Assembly: GCF_018350175.1 (NCBI RefSeq)
Contig: NC_058371.1
Location: 199,330,001 to 199,394,000 of the forward strand
Origin: Felis catus
Taxonomy: Eukaryota
Length of the DNA stretch: 64,000 nucleotides
Reading direction: 5' to 3'
A model generated the notes under the pieces. That model searched no databases and was not told where the DNA came from. It saw only the letters and a program-made list of their open reading frames with translations. Positions 49,199 through 61,886 of the stretch are shown here, piece after piece; within the stretch, counting starts at the first letter, position 1, and each line of letters begins with the position of its first letter. The translations under genes and the position numbers were made by a program.

Positions 49199-49419
49199 AA
49201 AAAAATTTTTTTTTCAACGTTTTTATTTATTTTTGGGACAGAGAGAGACAGAGCATGAATGGGGGAGGGGCAGAGAGAGAGGGAGACACAGAATCGGAAA
49301 CAGGCTCCAGGCTCCGAGCCATCAGCCCAGAGCCTGACGCGGGGCTCGAACTCCCGGACCGCGAGATCGTGACCTGGCTGAAGTCGGACGCTTAACCGAC
49401 TGCGCCACCCAGGCGCCCC
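49199..49419 (-). mobile_element. Young SINEC_Fc subfamily copy
   Basis: Perfect TSD AAGGGGGGCATT at 49187 and 49420. Confidence 0.95.
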
Positions 49420-49514
49420 AAGGGGGGCATTTTAAATTGCGCACTACAGATCCCTAGCAGGAATGTGAATGTATTGTGATGAAATTGGTGTTGAGATGGA
49501 CACAGCAGCGTCAC

Positions 49515-49680
49515 CCAGTGATGGGGGCTGTCCTGCGCTTGTAGGGTGTTGCCCAACATCACCGGTCCCTCTCCACTAGAAGTCAGTAGCACTGCATCCC
49601 CCCACTCAGGACAATCAAAAATGTCTCCAGATGGAGACAAATGTCCCCTGGTGGGAGATCACCTCTGTTGAGAACTGCCG
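49515..49680 (-). mobile_element. MER20-like DNA transposon relic
   Basis: GGGGGCTGTCCTG...CCACTAGA...CAAAAATGTCTCCAGA...AAATGTCCCCTGG...GTTGAGAAC. Confidence 0.75.
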
Positions 49681-52172
49681 GACTAGAGTAATATATATAT
49701 ATATTTTATTTCAGACAAATGTGTTTTATAATTAAAAGGGAGGGCTGTTCCCAAAGGTGTAAAAAGTGGCAAGCCATTTTGTTTCCATATGTAATGTTCT
49801 TAGACGAGACATGGATTGCGCTCCTATATTTGTATCACCCTCTTATCTCACACATAATAGCCACGGCTACTTGCTTTTTACATGTTATATCAGAGTATTT
49901 GCATGTTTTTTTTAGAATCATGGGGAAACCGAAAGCATTTGAGTGAGCTTCCAGATTATCTTCCAAGTGTTATCAAAATACTTTCACTAATATATTGATC
50001 AGTATTTCAGCCTGTACCATTTTCCTGGCAAGCCCATCAAAATGTCATCAAAACTTGAAATCTAAACCTCCTTTGTTTTGAATCCATTTCTCATTGCCTA
50101 TTCATAAATAGTCGTATCAAGAACAGCTGACCTCTTTTACTCATCTTGGATATACTCATTGTTTTTTTGTTTTTTTGTTTTTTGTTTTTTGTTTTTTTGT
50201 TTTACCAAATCAGGAACATTTGTATGTCTTGAGCCTTGGGAGGTAGCAGGACTCTCCTGGGTGTTTTGGTTTGAAGTTCACAATGATGTTATAAGATAGG
50301 AAAAGTTATCCCCATTTGGCAAACAAGCTGAAAGGAAATGACTTGCTCAGGCTGAATGATGGAACCATGAATGAGTGGCCCAGCAGCTAGAGGTGGGTCT
50401 TACTCCAGCCTGGAACCCTGACCCTGCCAGAACCCCAGGCTCCCCGCTAACAGGTGAGCAGTGCAGAGAGAGGGAGCGGAGCCAGACCCGCACACTTTGA
50501 GGATTCTGAGAATGAGGCGAACTTCCCTAAAGCGAACCAGGAACTTCTGGGCATGTTAAAGTGGGAGACGATAAAGACGGTTCTTTTCTAGAGACCAGCT
50601 CTGGGGAGGCTCTGAAAACTCAGAGCTGAAAAACGTCTCCACGTTTCAGCCTGTTTCAGCTTGTACTCAGTCATAGTAACACTGCTTTTATTTCGTGAGG
50701 GTTGGTATGGGGACTTGCCCCTTTTGGTACGTGCCGGTGCCTGACAGGTGTTTGTTGAGTGAACGAATGAATAACTGAAAAGGCGCAGGACAGACAGTGA
50801 GGGAGAAGAGTGTATGTGACGTCCCTTTGGTCTCTCTCAGAACCTCCCCTCCCTATCCTTCATCGGAGACAATGCCAGTCACTGCTGTGTTCTCGAGTGA
50901 TCCTCAGTTCTGAGAAACAACGTAACAGAATTCTAGCATTGGAAGACTACTTAGACATGACCTCATCCACATTCTATCCGGTTCGTGAATCATCCTGTAG
51001 CGTTTCTGACATGCCCGTTAAACCCATTCCCCGGTTCATTTGCTCATTGAATCTTTCCGTTTGTGGGATGCCTGTTATGTGACTAGCTTGTTCTGGATGT
51101 GAGGATGATGATAATGACAACGATGACCTTGGCATTCATCCCGTCTATATTGGTTACGTAATGAGCTGAACCAAAAGAAACCCTTCAATTAATTTAACTA
51201 TGATAGTGTACTGTCCAGAAGTAGGCAGGCCATCCAAGTCCAGCAGGGCATTTGGCTACATGAGGTTACCAGAAACCCAGGCTTCTCCTGTTTGCTCTCT
51301 TACTTCCTAGGGCGTGGTCCTCTCCTGAAGCTGAAGTTGGCTCAGGCTACCATGTCTGCAACACAGCCTACAAGAGGGCAAGGGGGGGGGGGTGGTGCAG
51401 TGGTTATGCACATCGCTTCTCACATCCTATTGGCTGGACCCTAGTCACATGGCCATTCCTACCTGCAGGGGAAGCTGGGAAATGTAGTCTCTTGCCTGGT
51501 AGCCACGTGCTTAGCTAACACCGGCTATGTGTGTTGTAGTTTTAAGAAGAAGGGACAGATGGATGCCAAAGATCAAGTCATAGTCTTGGCCATACAGCCC
51601 GACTCCTTTATTCTTTCAGTTTACACATAAGGAAACTGAGGCCCCGGGAGGGGAAGTAGCTTATCTGAGGTCCCTCAATAAGGTAGCGGCCTGTTCCCTG
51701 CCTTGAATGCCACACACTTTCCACCTCCATGATTTACCTCTTTTAGTAAATCATTATTATGACTCCTGCAGCATGTGACGTCTGCTTTCTAGGAGAAGAA
51801 TGTTTTCTCCCTGATAGAGATTATCGGATAGATCAGTGGTTCTCAGTCCTTTTCTTTGGTCGGAAGTGGTGGATTCGTGGAGCCTTTGGAGTAACTATAG
51901 AAGATTTTAACTGTCTCCCCATAAAAATACTCAAACGTGTGCCCGCACACACACAGGTTCAACTTCAGCTTCAGAGCGTTCGTGTTGACTCCCCTGAGCT
52001 TCTACGAATCCCTATAAACCCACGTGGGAACACAAAGAAACGCACTCCATGGATGCTGCATCTGGCAGCTACGGGACTTCCTGATTCAGCCTGGCTCACG
52101 TTACAGCTAGAACTCTCTGCAAATGCATAATTCGAGGTCACCATGGAGCTACTATGCAAATTGTTTTAACGC

Positions 52173-52214
52173 GAGGAGGAGGAGGAGGAGGAGGAGGAGG
52201 AGGAGGAGGAGGAG
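52173..52214. repeat. (GAG)14 trinucleotide repeat
   Basis: Directly visible. Confidence 0.95.
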
Positions 52215-53329
52215 CTCGGGCTTGCTGGTCTGCCACGTTCCAAAGTATGAAAATGCCTGCAGGGAAGTTTTGCAATGCCAAGAACTGCAAACGTAACCAC
52301 ATTAGTAGCAATTTACGGACCCTTATATTGTGTAAGCGCACACAGACACACACCGAGACTCTTAATGATAAAAAGGTTACTCTGGAAATTACTATTTTTT
52401 TTTTTTTTAAATCATTAGGGATAATTTGCTCTCCGAGTGAGATGGTTCCCAACAACGGAACGGGGTGTGCAAACCATCCCTTATCTTGGTGTGCCACAAA
52501 ACAGCCTTTATCATTCTTTTTTCCTTTATAATTTACAATGCTGCCAAGCAGAACATATTGAAACAGAGTGCAAGCAGACGGTATTTACTCTAAATGAACC
52601 AGAATCAAGTTTTAAATAAAATAGGCTTAACAGAAATGATAACAAAATCTGATCTAGCAGACTCTAAAAAAAAATGGCTTGGCGCAAAAAACACATCGCC
52701 CCGGGGAATCACATTAGCCTCTCTAGCACGATCGTGTTACATAAAATTAAAGGTTACAGCCGCTGGATCCAACTATGAATGCTTAATCATGTTCTCAATG
52801 AGACGAATAGCAGCCTCAGGAATCTACTCATGAAAATTTAAGGCAGAAAACGAATCCCAGTTCTTATTTCTGTGCTTATAGTCGGGATTCGAGAGGTAAC
52901 ATAGACTCGTGTGCTCAGCCCCTTGTCAGGTTCACGGGAGCATCCCGGGGACCGTAACCGTCATGATCTTTTCACAGCTGACCTTCTGGGAGAGCCAGAT
53001 AGGCTTGGCACAGAGAAGCAGATGGCTTTTATTTCATTTATTTATTTTTGCACGGAGTCAGAAGACCATACGAAGCCTTATCAGTCTGTGAGCCAGGCCA
53101 GAGGCAATACCCAGAGCTGGCTTCCTCTGGAACACAGCCGAAACCGAGTTCAGCCATCCTCTCTTGAGGGGACTGGACGGCACTCGACATTGTCTGGGAG
53201 GGGGACGAGAAAAGTGCTCACCCCAGAGTAATTCAGCCAGACCGTGTCAGTCGTACGTGACCCGTTCCTTCGGCAATGGAAGAGTCCCGACTAGGGTTTC
53301 TGGAATCTTCCACCCTCAACTGTCTGTGG

Positions 53330-53515
53330 GGAGCTGCGGGCCCAAGGCCAAGAATGCCTGCGGCCGCCAGAGGCTCAAAGCCCCCCTCGAAGCCTCCAGA
53401 GGGATCCCATCCTGCTGACAACTTCATTTTGGATTTCTGGCCTCCAGAACAGTGAGAGAACATATTTCTGCCGACTGAAGCCAGCGAGATTGTGGTAACT
53501 TGCCACGGCAGCCGT
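53330..53515 (+). mobile_element. MLT1 LTR 3' fragment
   Basis: GCCAAGAATGCC...CCTGCTGACAACTTCATTTTGGATTTCTGGCCTCCAGAACAGTGAGAGAA...TTGTGGTAACTT. Confidence 0.75.
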
Positions 53516-53834
53516 GGGGGGTGAATGCAATAGCTGGGGCATTGTGGACAAGCCATCTGATCCTCCCAGCTCCCCCTTTTTTGGTCCCTCTGTAAAGCGG
53601 GGATGACAGTAGCGCCTCCTGACGTTACACACTAAGTGCCGAGATCGGCTCTGAAACACGCCTTGCAAAGTCAGGTGCGAGTTAGCGTTTGCAAGACTGT
53701 TTTCGAAATGAAAATAGTGTTTTTGTTTTGTTTTGTTTTGTTTTTTACTGCTTATTAAAACAGTGTGATTATAGAATACTTCTTCATAATAGCAATTATA
53801 TAGTAATACAAAAGCCCTTAAAAGAGAAAATAAA

Positions 53835-54020
53835 GGGGCGCCTGGGTAGCTCAGTCGGTTAAGCATCCGAATCCTGATCTTGGCTCAGGTCATGATCTCG
53901 CAGTTCGGAGGTTCGAGCCCTGCGTTGCACTCTGTGCTGGCAGCGTGGAGCCTGCTTGGGATTCTCTCTCTCCCTCTCTCTCGGCCCCACCCCCCTCTCT
54001 AAATAAAGTTAAAAAAAATA
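53835..54020 (+). mobile_element. Can-SINE
   Basis: Head GGGGCGCCTGGGTAGCTCAG, (CT)n, A tail. Confidence 0.9.
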
Positions 54021-54911
54021 ATCTGTGCTGTACAACTCCAGAAATAACCACTATTCCATAGGTCCTTTCTCTCGGTTTTGATGTGACGTCTAACTTATGG
54101 ATTTAAACCTTGGGGGCACCGCTTTGCGACCGGTGGGCCTTGGCATAGCTTCTCTGTCCTTCCGTTACAGGGATGACGGTAACGTCCACCTGCCAGGTTT
54201 GCGGCGAGGACTGAAAGGGGCAATCCACAGAAGAACTTGACGTAACAGGGCCTGGCACCTTGCCCGCCAGTGGGGAGAGGAACCAGGAAGGGCTGGCCTG
54301 GAGGGCCGAGGCTCCTTAAAGTGGAGGCTCAGAGCGATACAACACGTGCAGTTGTTGTGATCCTGGCCATTCTGCATGCTGAGGCCGTGTTCCAGCGACG
54401 TGCTCGCAATTTCTGCAGGATGCCCTTCTCTCTCGGCCACGGGGACTCTGCAGACGCCGCCTCTCTTCTTCCCCTGTGGCCTTCCGGACTCAGCTCGTGC
54501 ACCATGTCTTCTGGGATGCCCTCTTTGACCTGGAGTATGCTTCAGCTGCCTCCCTCGTGGCCTCACAGCCTATGGTTCTATAGCCTCTGCACTGCCCCCC
54601 ATCAAAGTGTGACCCACTCTGCCCTTGTCCTTGCCCCACACTAGACTTCTAAACTTCAGCTCCAGGAAAGCAGATCCCCTGTCTGACTCATATCCCAGGG
54701 CCCGGCCCTTAAGAGGTGCTCAGAAAGTGCCCACTCGACAGAGGTGGAAAGGGGAAAGAATGATGTCCTGACTCCTCTCCGGGAGACCTTCTGCCTTCCC
54801 TGGTTCTCAGGGCTGGAACCAGTGCCTGCTGTGTTCCCACAGCCTCCTGGGCTTCCTTCCACCACAACACAAACCCTAGTTGCAGCCTTTGCGTGTGGGA
54901 CCGTTCGTATA

Positions 54912-55320
54912 TGTATTAGTCAGCTCTCTCTGTGATAATGCTGTGGCACCAACATCCCTCACACCCAAATCTCAGTGGCTCACAGAAACACATTTTTCTT
55001 AGGAGCCTTGCGCTCTGCTTTGGGGATACGTGTGGGGTTCAGGCCTGTTCCTTGGGTCTCTCATGCTGGGAACAGAGGATCCCAGGACCAGCTCTTCTCA
55101 TGATGGATAGCAGCAGCACGAGAGAGCTGAAACATGGGCCAGCTCTTAAAGCCTTCACTCTCTCAGAACTGGCACACTGACACTTCCTCCCATATGCCAT
55201 TGGCCAAAGCAAGTCCTATGGCAAACCCCACATGAGCAGTGTGGGAGAAGTAGGAAACACCTCCTTATCCCAGTGAGCCACGGAAAGGACAGGAAGAGCA
55301 GGAAGAATTGTGAGTAGTCA
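54912..55320 (-). mobile_element. Old MLT1 (J/K-like) LTR fragment
   Basis: TGTATTAGTCAG...AAATCTCAGTGGCT...CACTTCC...CCATTGGCCAAAGCAAGTC. Confidence 0.55.
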
Positions 55321-57315
55321 GTATTTACACAATAGCCCATTATTGGAGATAGTAAACACCTCTTGTGCTTATTATGTTTCAGGCACCAACATCAATTCAT
55401 TTATTCCCCATAATAACCCTAGAAGGGGGAGGTAATATTGTCAGTACCCATTTTACAGATGAACAAACCGAAGCCAGAGGAGGCTAAATAATTTACCCAA
55501 GTTAACTCCCCAGAGAGTAGCAGAGTGGGATAAACCCTGAGCGGAACAGGGCCCGGAAGCCAGGCCTGTGAACATTTCCTCCGCTAGCCTGTTGACCTAG
55601 ATAGAGGCTGTATCGCTTTATGCTGCATTCAGTCTGGTGCCTGGTTTAGACGGGCCAATCCGTGCTTGTTGGCAGAATCAAAGGCAAGAAATGTTTACCG
55701 GTCATTTATTACATACCAGGTACCGTTACCTGCTTTTATAAATCGTTTCTGACATAATCCTGGCAGCAATCCTGGGGAGTTAATATCAGTCTCCCCAATT
55801 CACAGATAAGGACTCCAAGACGAAAATGAGGCTTGTCTGACCCCAAGGCCTGGCAGTTTGGGCCAATCTTAAATCTAGCCGGGTCGTGCTGGATGGGGCG
55901 GGCTCCATTTTTTCAGCTTTTGGCTCTTGTCTCTGGGGAGTTTTTCGCTGTATTAGAAGGGAGACAGCCCCTGGCCCCCAGAACGCCTGCCAGAGAGAGA
56001 GAGACAGAGCGCGAAAGATGGGGGTGGTCGGGGGAGAGAAGATTGGGTGGGGAGTCTCATAAAGAACACATTCTTCCTACCAAGGCCCAGACAGTGACTC
56101 AAGGCGGCCAGCAGATGGCAGGATGTGGCCAAAGATCCCCCGAAGCCAGGCGTGCTGGGCGGGCTGCGCGGGCTGGATTGCAACGCGCGGGTAACCAGCT
56201 CGCCCCTCAGGAAGGCTCCCCGGGGGTCTGCGCTCTCCCTACGAGCCTCGGGGTGCACTCAGAGCACCCAGCTCTTAGCACCCTGGTCCCAGGCTCGTCT
56301 CCTTCCCCGATCTGGGCTCCCCAGCTCCCGCCGCCAGGGACCCACGCACCCCGATGCGAACCCGCCCTTTCATCAGACTCCGAGGCCGCGCAGTCCCAGG
56401 GAATCCCGAGGTGCAAGCCCGGGCACGCGTAGGCAGAATGGTTTGGGGCAAACCACGCCCCCGTGGGGGCCTCAGTTTCCCCATGTAGAATGAAAGGGGC
56501 CCTAACGGGCCTAGACTTTACTTCCGTTCCTTAAATACTCAGAAACACATAAAGAGGAAAGGCGTCTGTTGGGGAGAGCCGGCAGACACCCCCACTGCCC
56601 GTGTGCCAGCTCGAACGGAAAATAAAGCCCAGTGGGGCGTCCAGGACGGACCGAGAGCTCCTCTCCCTCCAAACCTCAGTCCACCTGACTCCACAACTGG
56701 CGGCAACGATTTTTCTAACCGTTGGGGTGTTGAGAGGTGACGTGGAGCGGTGTTTACGAGGCGCTCGGGCTGGGCTCGGCACACAGTAGGCGCTCACAAA
56801 CCACTCCACGGCGCGTCGGGAGCGCCCCTCCCCCGGGATCGCGATTATTTCCCCCGCCGGACCCACCCCGCACTCCGCTCCGCATCCCCCGCCCCCCGGC
56901 TGCGCACCTCCGCCCGGCCGGCCGCGCCCCTTCCTCTGGGCGGCCCCCCCCCCGGGGGGCTGCGCTCGCCCCCCGCCCGCCCCGCCCCCTCCGCCCGCCG
57001 CGCCGCCTCCCGGTCCCCCCGCCCGCCGCAGCCGGCGAGGGGCGCGGTTGGGCGGCGGGGCGGCCGCGGGGAGCTCCGGGTTTCCGGGCGGGGGCGGAGG
57101 GGGCGCCCGCAGGGGAGGGGGCGCGGCGGGCGCGGTCCCGCCCCTGCGCGGCGCTCGGCGCCCCCCCCCCCCTCCCTCCGGCTGGCGCGCGCGGCTGCAG
57201 CCTGGGCTGGGCGCTCGCAGCGCGTCCCGTGGCCGGTTCCGCGCTCCCCGCTCCGCGCTCCCCGCCGCCCGCTCGGCGCCCTGTGCTCCCCGCCGCCCGC
57301 TCCCCGCGGCCGGGC

Positions 57316-57321
57316 ATGTAG
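57316..57321 (+). promoter_or_regulatory. Minimal start-stop uORF (ATG TAG) in the STK32B leader
   Basis: GGGC-ATG-TAG-C, 30 nt upstream of and in frame with the main ATG. Confidence 0.6.
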
Positions 57322-57345
57322 CAGCGGCCGGCGCCGCAGCGGAAT

Positions 57346-57397
57346 ATGGGCGGGAACCACTCCCACAAGCCCCCCGTGTTCGACGAGAATGAGGAAG
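57346..57397 (+). CDS. STK32B: Serine/threonine kinase 32B (YANK2), coding exon 1
   Basis: MGGNHSHKPPVFDENEE plus 1 nt matches the STK32B N-terminus. Strong Kozak AATATGG; G|GTAAG donor at 57398 (phase 1); lies in a CpG island. Confidence 0.95.
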
Positions 57398-59074
57398 GTA
57401 AGAGGCGAGGGGCGCATCCCTCGGTGCCCCTTAGCGGCGCGGGGTTTTGGGGGGCGGTGTGTGCTCGTCCCGGGGGCCGCTGCCTCCCCCTCCTCCCCTC
57501 CCCCCTCCCCAGGGGCCCGCGCGGACGGGGTGTGCAGCCGGGCTTGGGGAGCCGAAGGAGGAGCTGGACGCGGGTCCCGGGGGTGCTCGGCTCCAGCTTC
57601 CCAAGCCCAGGTCTCGATCAGAGCCTGAGGCAGAAGGAGGCGGCCTGGGTGTGTGTGTGTGTGTGTGTGTCCACGACGCGTTTGGTCTCTGCGCGGGCAG
57701 GTTCCACGCTGCTTCCCTCCCTCACCCAGGACAGCCTAGGGAAACTTTTCTTGCTTAAACTCCGTGATTCCATAGAAGGCGTCTCGCTCGCGGCAGCCTC
57801 CCTGGCGGGGTTGTGTGTGTGTGTGGGTGGGGGGGGCGCTGGTAGAGGTTGTCCAGTCTTATCTCAACTCCAGGGCTGGGCTTCCTTGTGGCGCGGGGCC
57901 GGAGGGCTCCGGATTGGAGCCGGCAGAACGCCTGTTTCCAGTGCTGTGTGGCCGTGGGCAAGTTGCTTAACCTCTCTGAAACCTTTGTTTCCTCGCCTGT
58001 GAGATGAGAGTGATGTTACCACCTACCACCGTAGGATAGGGGATTGTTTGAAGCTCAGCCAGTGGTCATCCGTGTGCAAAGTGTCTTAGAGATGTAATCA
58101 GCACAGTAGGGTTGGTGAGCTGTTAACTCTGCCTTTAAAACCCTGTGATGGTTTTCTCCAGGCTTCTCCATGCCCCAGAAAAGAGCTAGGATGTACAGAG
58201 CACATACTATGTGCCAGGCACTGCCCTAGGCTTTTCTGTGGGTTCTCACAGTGTTCACAGCAACCGTATGAGGTAGGTACTTTTGTTGTTCCATTTTGCT
58301 CTTGTAGAAAGGGATGTGGTCGGGTTCCTAAGGAGCGGAGCTGGCTTGGGGGGTGGATAGTCTGCCCTGGAGACAAGTGGATCTCATGGACACCCAGGCA
58401 TAGGCTTGTGTGCATAGATAGATCGTGGTTTCTAGAATGGCCAAGGCTATGTGGGTGGTAGTCACATGCTGGTCCAGATAGCCCCTCTCAAAAGGATACG
58501 TGAAGACAGTTAACATGAGTTAAGCAGGTCAGGCCTGTTTGGTCCTTTTCTGAAGGAATTCCTAGTCTAGCGGCACTGAATGATCCATGACCATCCGTGG
58601 TGATAAGGGCAGGGAGTGGGGCTGGTGTAGGCACTTGGGCACCCAAGGACACCTGAGGCCTTCCCGGTTCTGTAGTCTGGGGCACAGGCAGGCCAGGCAT
58701 GGACAGAGGAGAGGTAGGCAGGGAGGTGGCGGAGGCCCTTGGGTGTCCCGGGAAGAGTCTGGACACCATGCAGCTGAACCTACGCCCCAGCCAAGTTCAC
58801 ACTGACCCTGAACTTCTCCATGGAAGTCAAAGCATTCTTGACACTGAAAGTGATTTTGACACTGTAGGAGTACTCTGCTGTGGGGCAGCCTGCTTGGGGT
58901 GGCTGTGGGACAGGCCTGTCCCCTTTTCGGAGCACTTTTGTCCTTCGAGATTATATTCGGGGCTGCTCGCATCTGGGAAGATATATACTCATTGACAGGT
59001 GGAGAGCATGACTGGCGTCAGAAACCTTCTATTTGCAACAAGTCAAAGCTCTCCCATCTGTTTTGGTGAAGGGA

Positions 59075-59502
59075 TCTATATTCGTCTGCCCAGGCTGCCA
59101 TCACAAAATACCACCGATGCTTAAACAACAGAATTTGTTGGTGCTGGTGGCTTCAGTAACAGAAATTTGTTTTCTCGCTGTCCTAGGGGCCGGAAGTCCA
59201 AGATCAAGGTGCTGTCAGGGTTGGTTTCTGGTGAGAGCTCTCCCTGGCTTGCAGATAGATGGCTACCTTCTCCCTGTGGCCTCGCATGGCCTTTCCTCCG
59301 TGTGCTTGAGGAGCTAGAGAGAGATCTCTGGTGTCTCCTTCTCTTCTTTTAAGATCGGCAGTCCTGTCAGATCAGGGCTCCGCCTTTATGACCTCACTTA
59401 ACCTCAGTTATCTCCTTAAAGGTCCTGTTTCCGAAGGTAGTCACACTTGGAGGTTAGAACTTGAACATGAAGTTTGGAAAGGACAACAAATGAGCCCGTA
59501 CC
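59075..59502 (-). mobile_element. MLT1A-like MaLR LTR in STK32B intron 1
   Basis: GGCTGCCATCACAAAATACCAC...GGAAGTCCAAGATCAAGGTG...TTTCTGGTGAG...CCTGGCTTGCAGAT...ATGACCTCACTTAACCT. Confidence 0.8.
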
Positions 59503-61676
59503 AGGAGCCTTTCATGAAAGCCATGAACTTCCTACATAGAAGAAAGCGCAAACTTAACACATCAGCTCCAATTATAGGGGTTCGTGGTTCTGGCCTGGAT
59601 CAAAGCTTGTACTTTAAGTAAGGCCGGGTTCTTAGCATGTTTCTGTCTTTTTTTTTTTTTTTTTTTTTGCCTCCCTTATGTTGACGTCTGTGTCTGTCCT
59701 TTATCCCAGAAGATGTGCTGTATAATATTGATTGGCAAAATAGTTCTATCTGGTGTAGCCAGCCTTTTGATTTTCCTGCTGTTGTCATTCCTCGTTCTAG
59801 AAGCAGACTGGGCCCAAGGTCGACTGCCTGTTTCAGGGCTTGTCCAGCCCAATGAAACATTAACTTGTTTGATTTTGCCAAGGTATGCCTCAATTATTTT
59901 CCTGTGCAAATAAAGCACTGGTATTTGCCACCGTTTGAGTCAAATTATCCTGGAGGCATTTACAGACCATCTTTCCTGCACCCACCCCTATGATGGGCAC
60001 CAGGAATATGAAGAAAATGAAGGCAAAATCCTAACCCTCTGGGAGCTTCTAGGGCAAATAAATGGCCAGGACGATGCAGGGAGCTCAGAGAGCTATGGTA
60101 TCTTAGAAGAGAGTCTTTAACCCTGGGGCAAAGGGGAGAGGCAAAGAAGACTTTCTCCTGTTGAGTCTTGTGAAAATGGTAGGTGTTACCAGTAAGGGTG
60201 GGTTGGTGGAGCAGGGAAGAGTGTGTTAGAAGGCTGGAACAGGATGTGCTAAGGCAGAAGGTGAAGAGTAAGCATGGCTCAATGGGGAGGTTGTGGGGCG
60301 TGGCTAGTACTCCTGCAGTGTGGCCTGTGAGGCTGGGAGGCACAGGAGATATGAACCCCGAGTGCTGGACCAGCTTTAAAGGGCCAAGTGGCCATCGGCT
60401 CGGGCTTGATCATTTAGGCATCTGGAGTCACTGGAGAATTTTAAGCAGGGAGTGAGCGACATGGTTCAGTGAATGAGCACGCTGTCCCAAACCAGAGCTG
60501 GTGGGTGGTTGACGACAGTAACACCTACCCAGGCGAAGCAAGTCTGGTTTGTAAGTAATTTAATGCTACCCTGTGGCTGAAGCTTTGCCATTGCATAATT
60601 GTCCCACGGCTCACTACATTCTGATGGCAAAAGTTTAACTCGCATCTAGGTAATATTAACGACTGTGACTTACTAATGCCTTGCACGGACTACTTTTTGT
60701 ACCGAATTGAGAATCCTCACCAACTCGGCCCGGGAGGTCTCAGAATCTGCATTTTACTAGAGAGGTAAGTGAGGACCTCAGGAAAATCCCCTGGCCTGTG
60801 TGCGGGGGGGGGAGCTGGGACTCACACCCAGGGCTATTTACTTCTAGAGTCCGGCACCTGACCGCGTTCCCTGTGCCGCCTGGAGGCCCAGGGGAAACTT
60901 GGCTCTCCCACATACATACGGCCACGCGGACTGAGTCCAGCACTCAGATCAGGCTTTGCGACGGGGCTCTTTGTACAGACGTTGATAGGAAGATAGTAGC
61001 AGTATATTCTGACGGTACTTGCTTGTTTACAGTAATCATCTCACGTATCATCTTTGCAAAAAGCATTTGTTGGGCAGTTACGTCACAATACAAATTCTGG
61101 GAATGGAAACAAAATCCTCCCCCGTTCCAAGTTCATATAAAAATTGCATTGAAGTTGTTTTTCCCCCCTCACTCTCCTTATCCACACCTAGACGTTTTTG
61201 TATAGGAGTGTATCTGCCGCAGAGACCAGGATTTCTGCTTTTTCTCCTAGCCTTGTGTTTAAAGAAGCTTAAATCACAACAGTGTCCTCAAATCGATATT
61301 TTAACGGGCTGTGACATCCCACCAAATGGAACTATTATCATTTACTTACGTATTTTCTTTTTGTTAGACAGTGAGGCAACTTGCATTTTTCCATCTTTAT
61401 AACCTAGTTCTTGAACATTTTGCACATTTTTTCCTTCTTTTAAATGAATTTCTTAAAGCATAAGGGGAGAGATTATGGGATCAAAGGGACTGAATACTTT
61501 TTGGAACTCCAGAAATGTCAATTATGTTTCCGAAGGGTTTTTATCAACGTGCTATAAATTTATGGCCGGCATTCACATTTGCGGGGTATCGATTTAGCAA
61601 CCTCATAGCCAGCTCTGGGCATTCTCATTTTAGAATGTCATAAATTAGAAGGTCATTTAAGACTAAGCGTTACTTC

Positions 61677-61886
61677 GGGGCACCTGGGTGGCTCAGTCGG
61701 TTAAATGTCCGACTTCAGCTCAGGTCATGATCTCGCGGTCCGTGGGTTCAAGCCCCGCGTAGGACTCTGTGCTGATGGCTCAGAGCCTGAACCCTGCTTC
61801 GGATTCTGTGTCTCTCTCTGTCTCTGCCCCTCCCCCACTCACACTCTCTCAAAAATGAATCAGTGTAAAAAAAACAATTAAAAATA
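61677..61886 (+). mobile_element. Can-SINE
   Basis: TSD-like TAAGCGTTACTTC / TAAGTGTTATTTC. Confidence 0.9.

Larger units (their letters stand above)
56690..57620. promoter_or_regulatory. STK32B: STK32B CpG-island promoter and 5' UTR
   Basis: Extremely GC- and CpG-dense, many GC boxes (GGGGCGG/CCGCCC), no TATA box, spans exon 1. Confidence 0.9.

Noticed and set aside
52138-52531. Poly-Gly / poly-Pro ORFs
   Set aside because: Produced by the (GAG)14 microsatellite; no other coding signal.
56737-57628. Long Arg/Pro/Ala/Gly-rich ORFs on both strands
   Set aside because: Stop-codon scarcity in a CpG island; non-ATG starts; low complexity.
57398-58002. 218-aa ORF continuing from the STK32B ATG
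   Set aside because: Similarity to STK32B ends at the G|GTAAG donor; the rest is intron 1 read-through including (GT)n.
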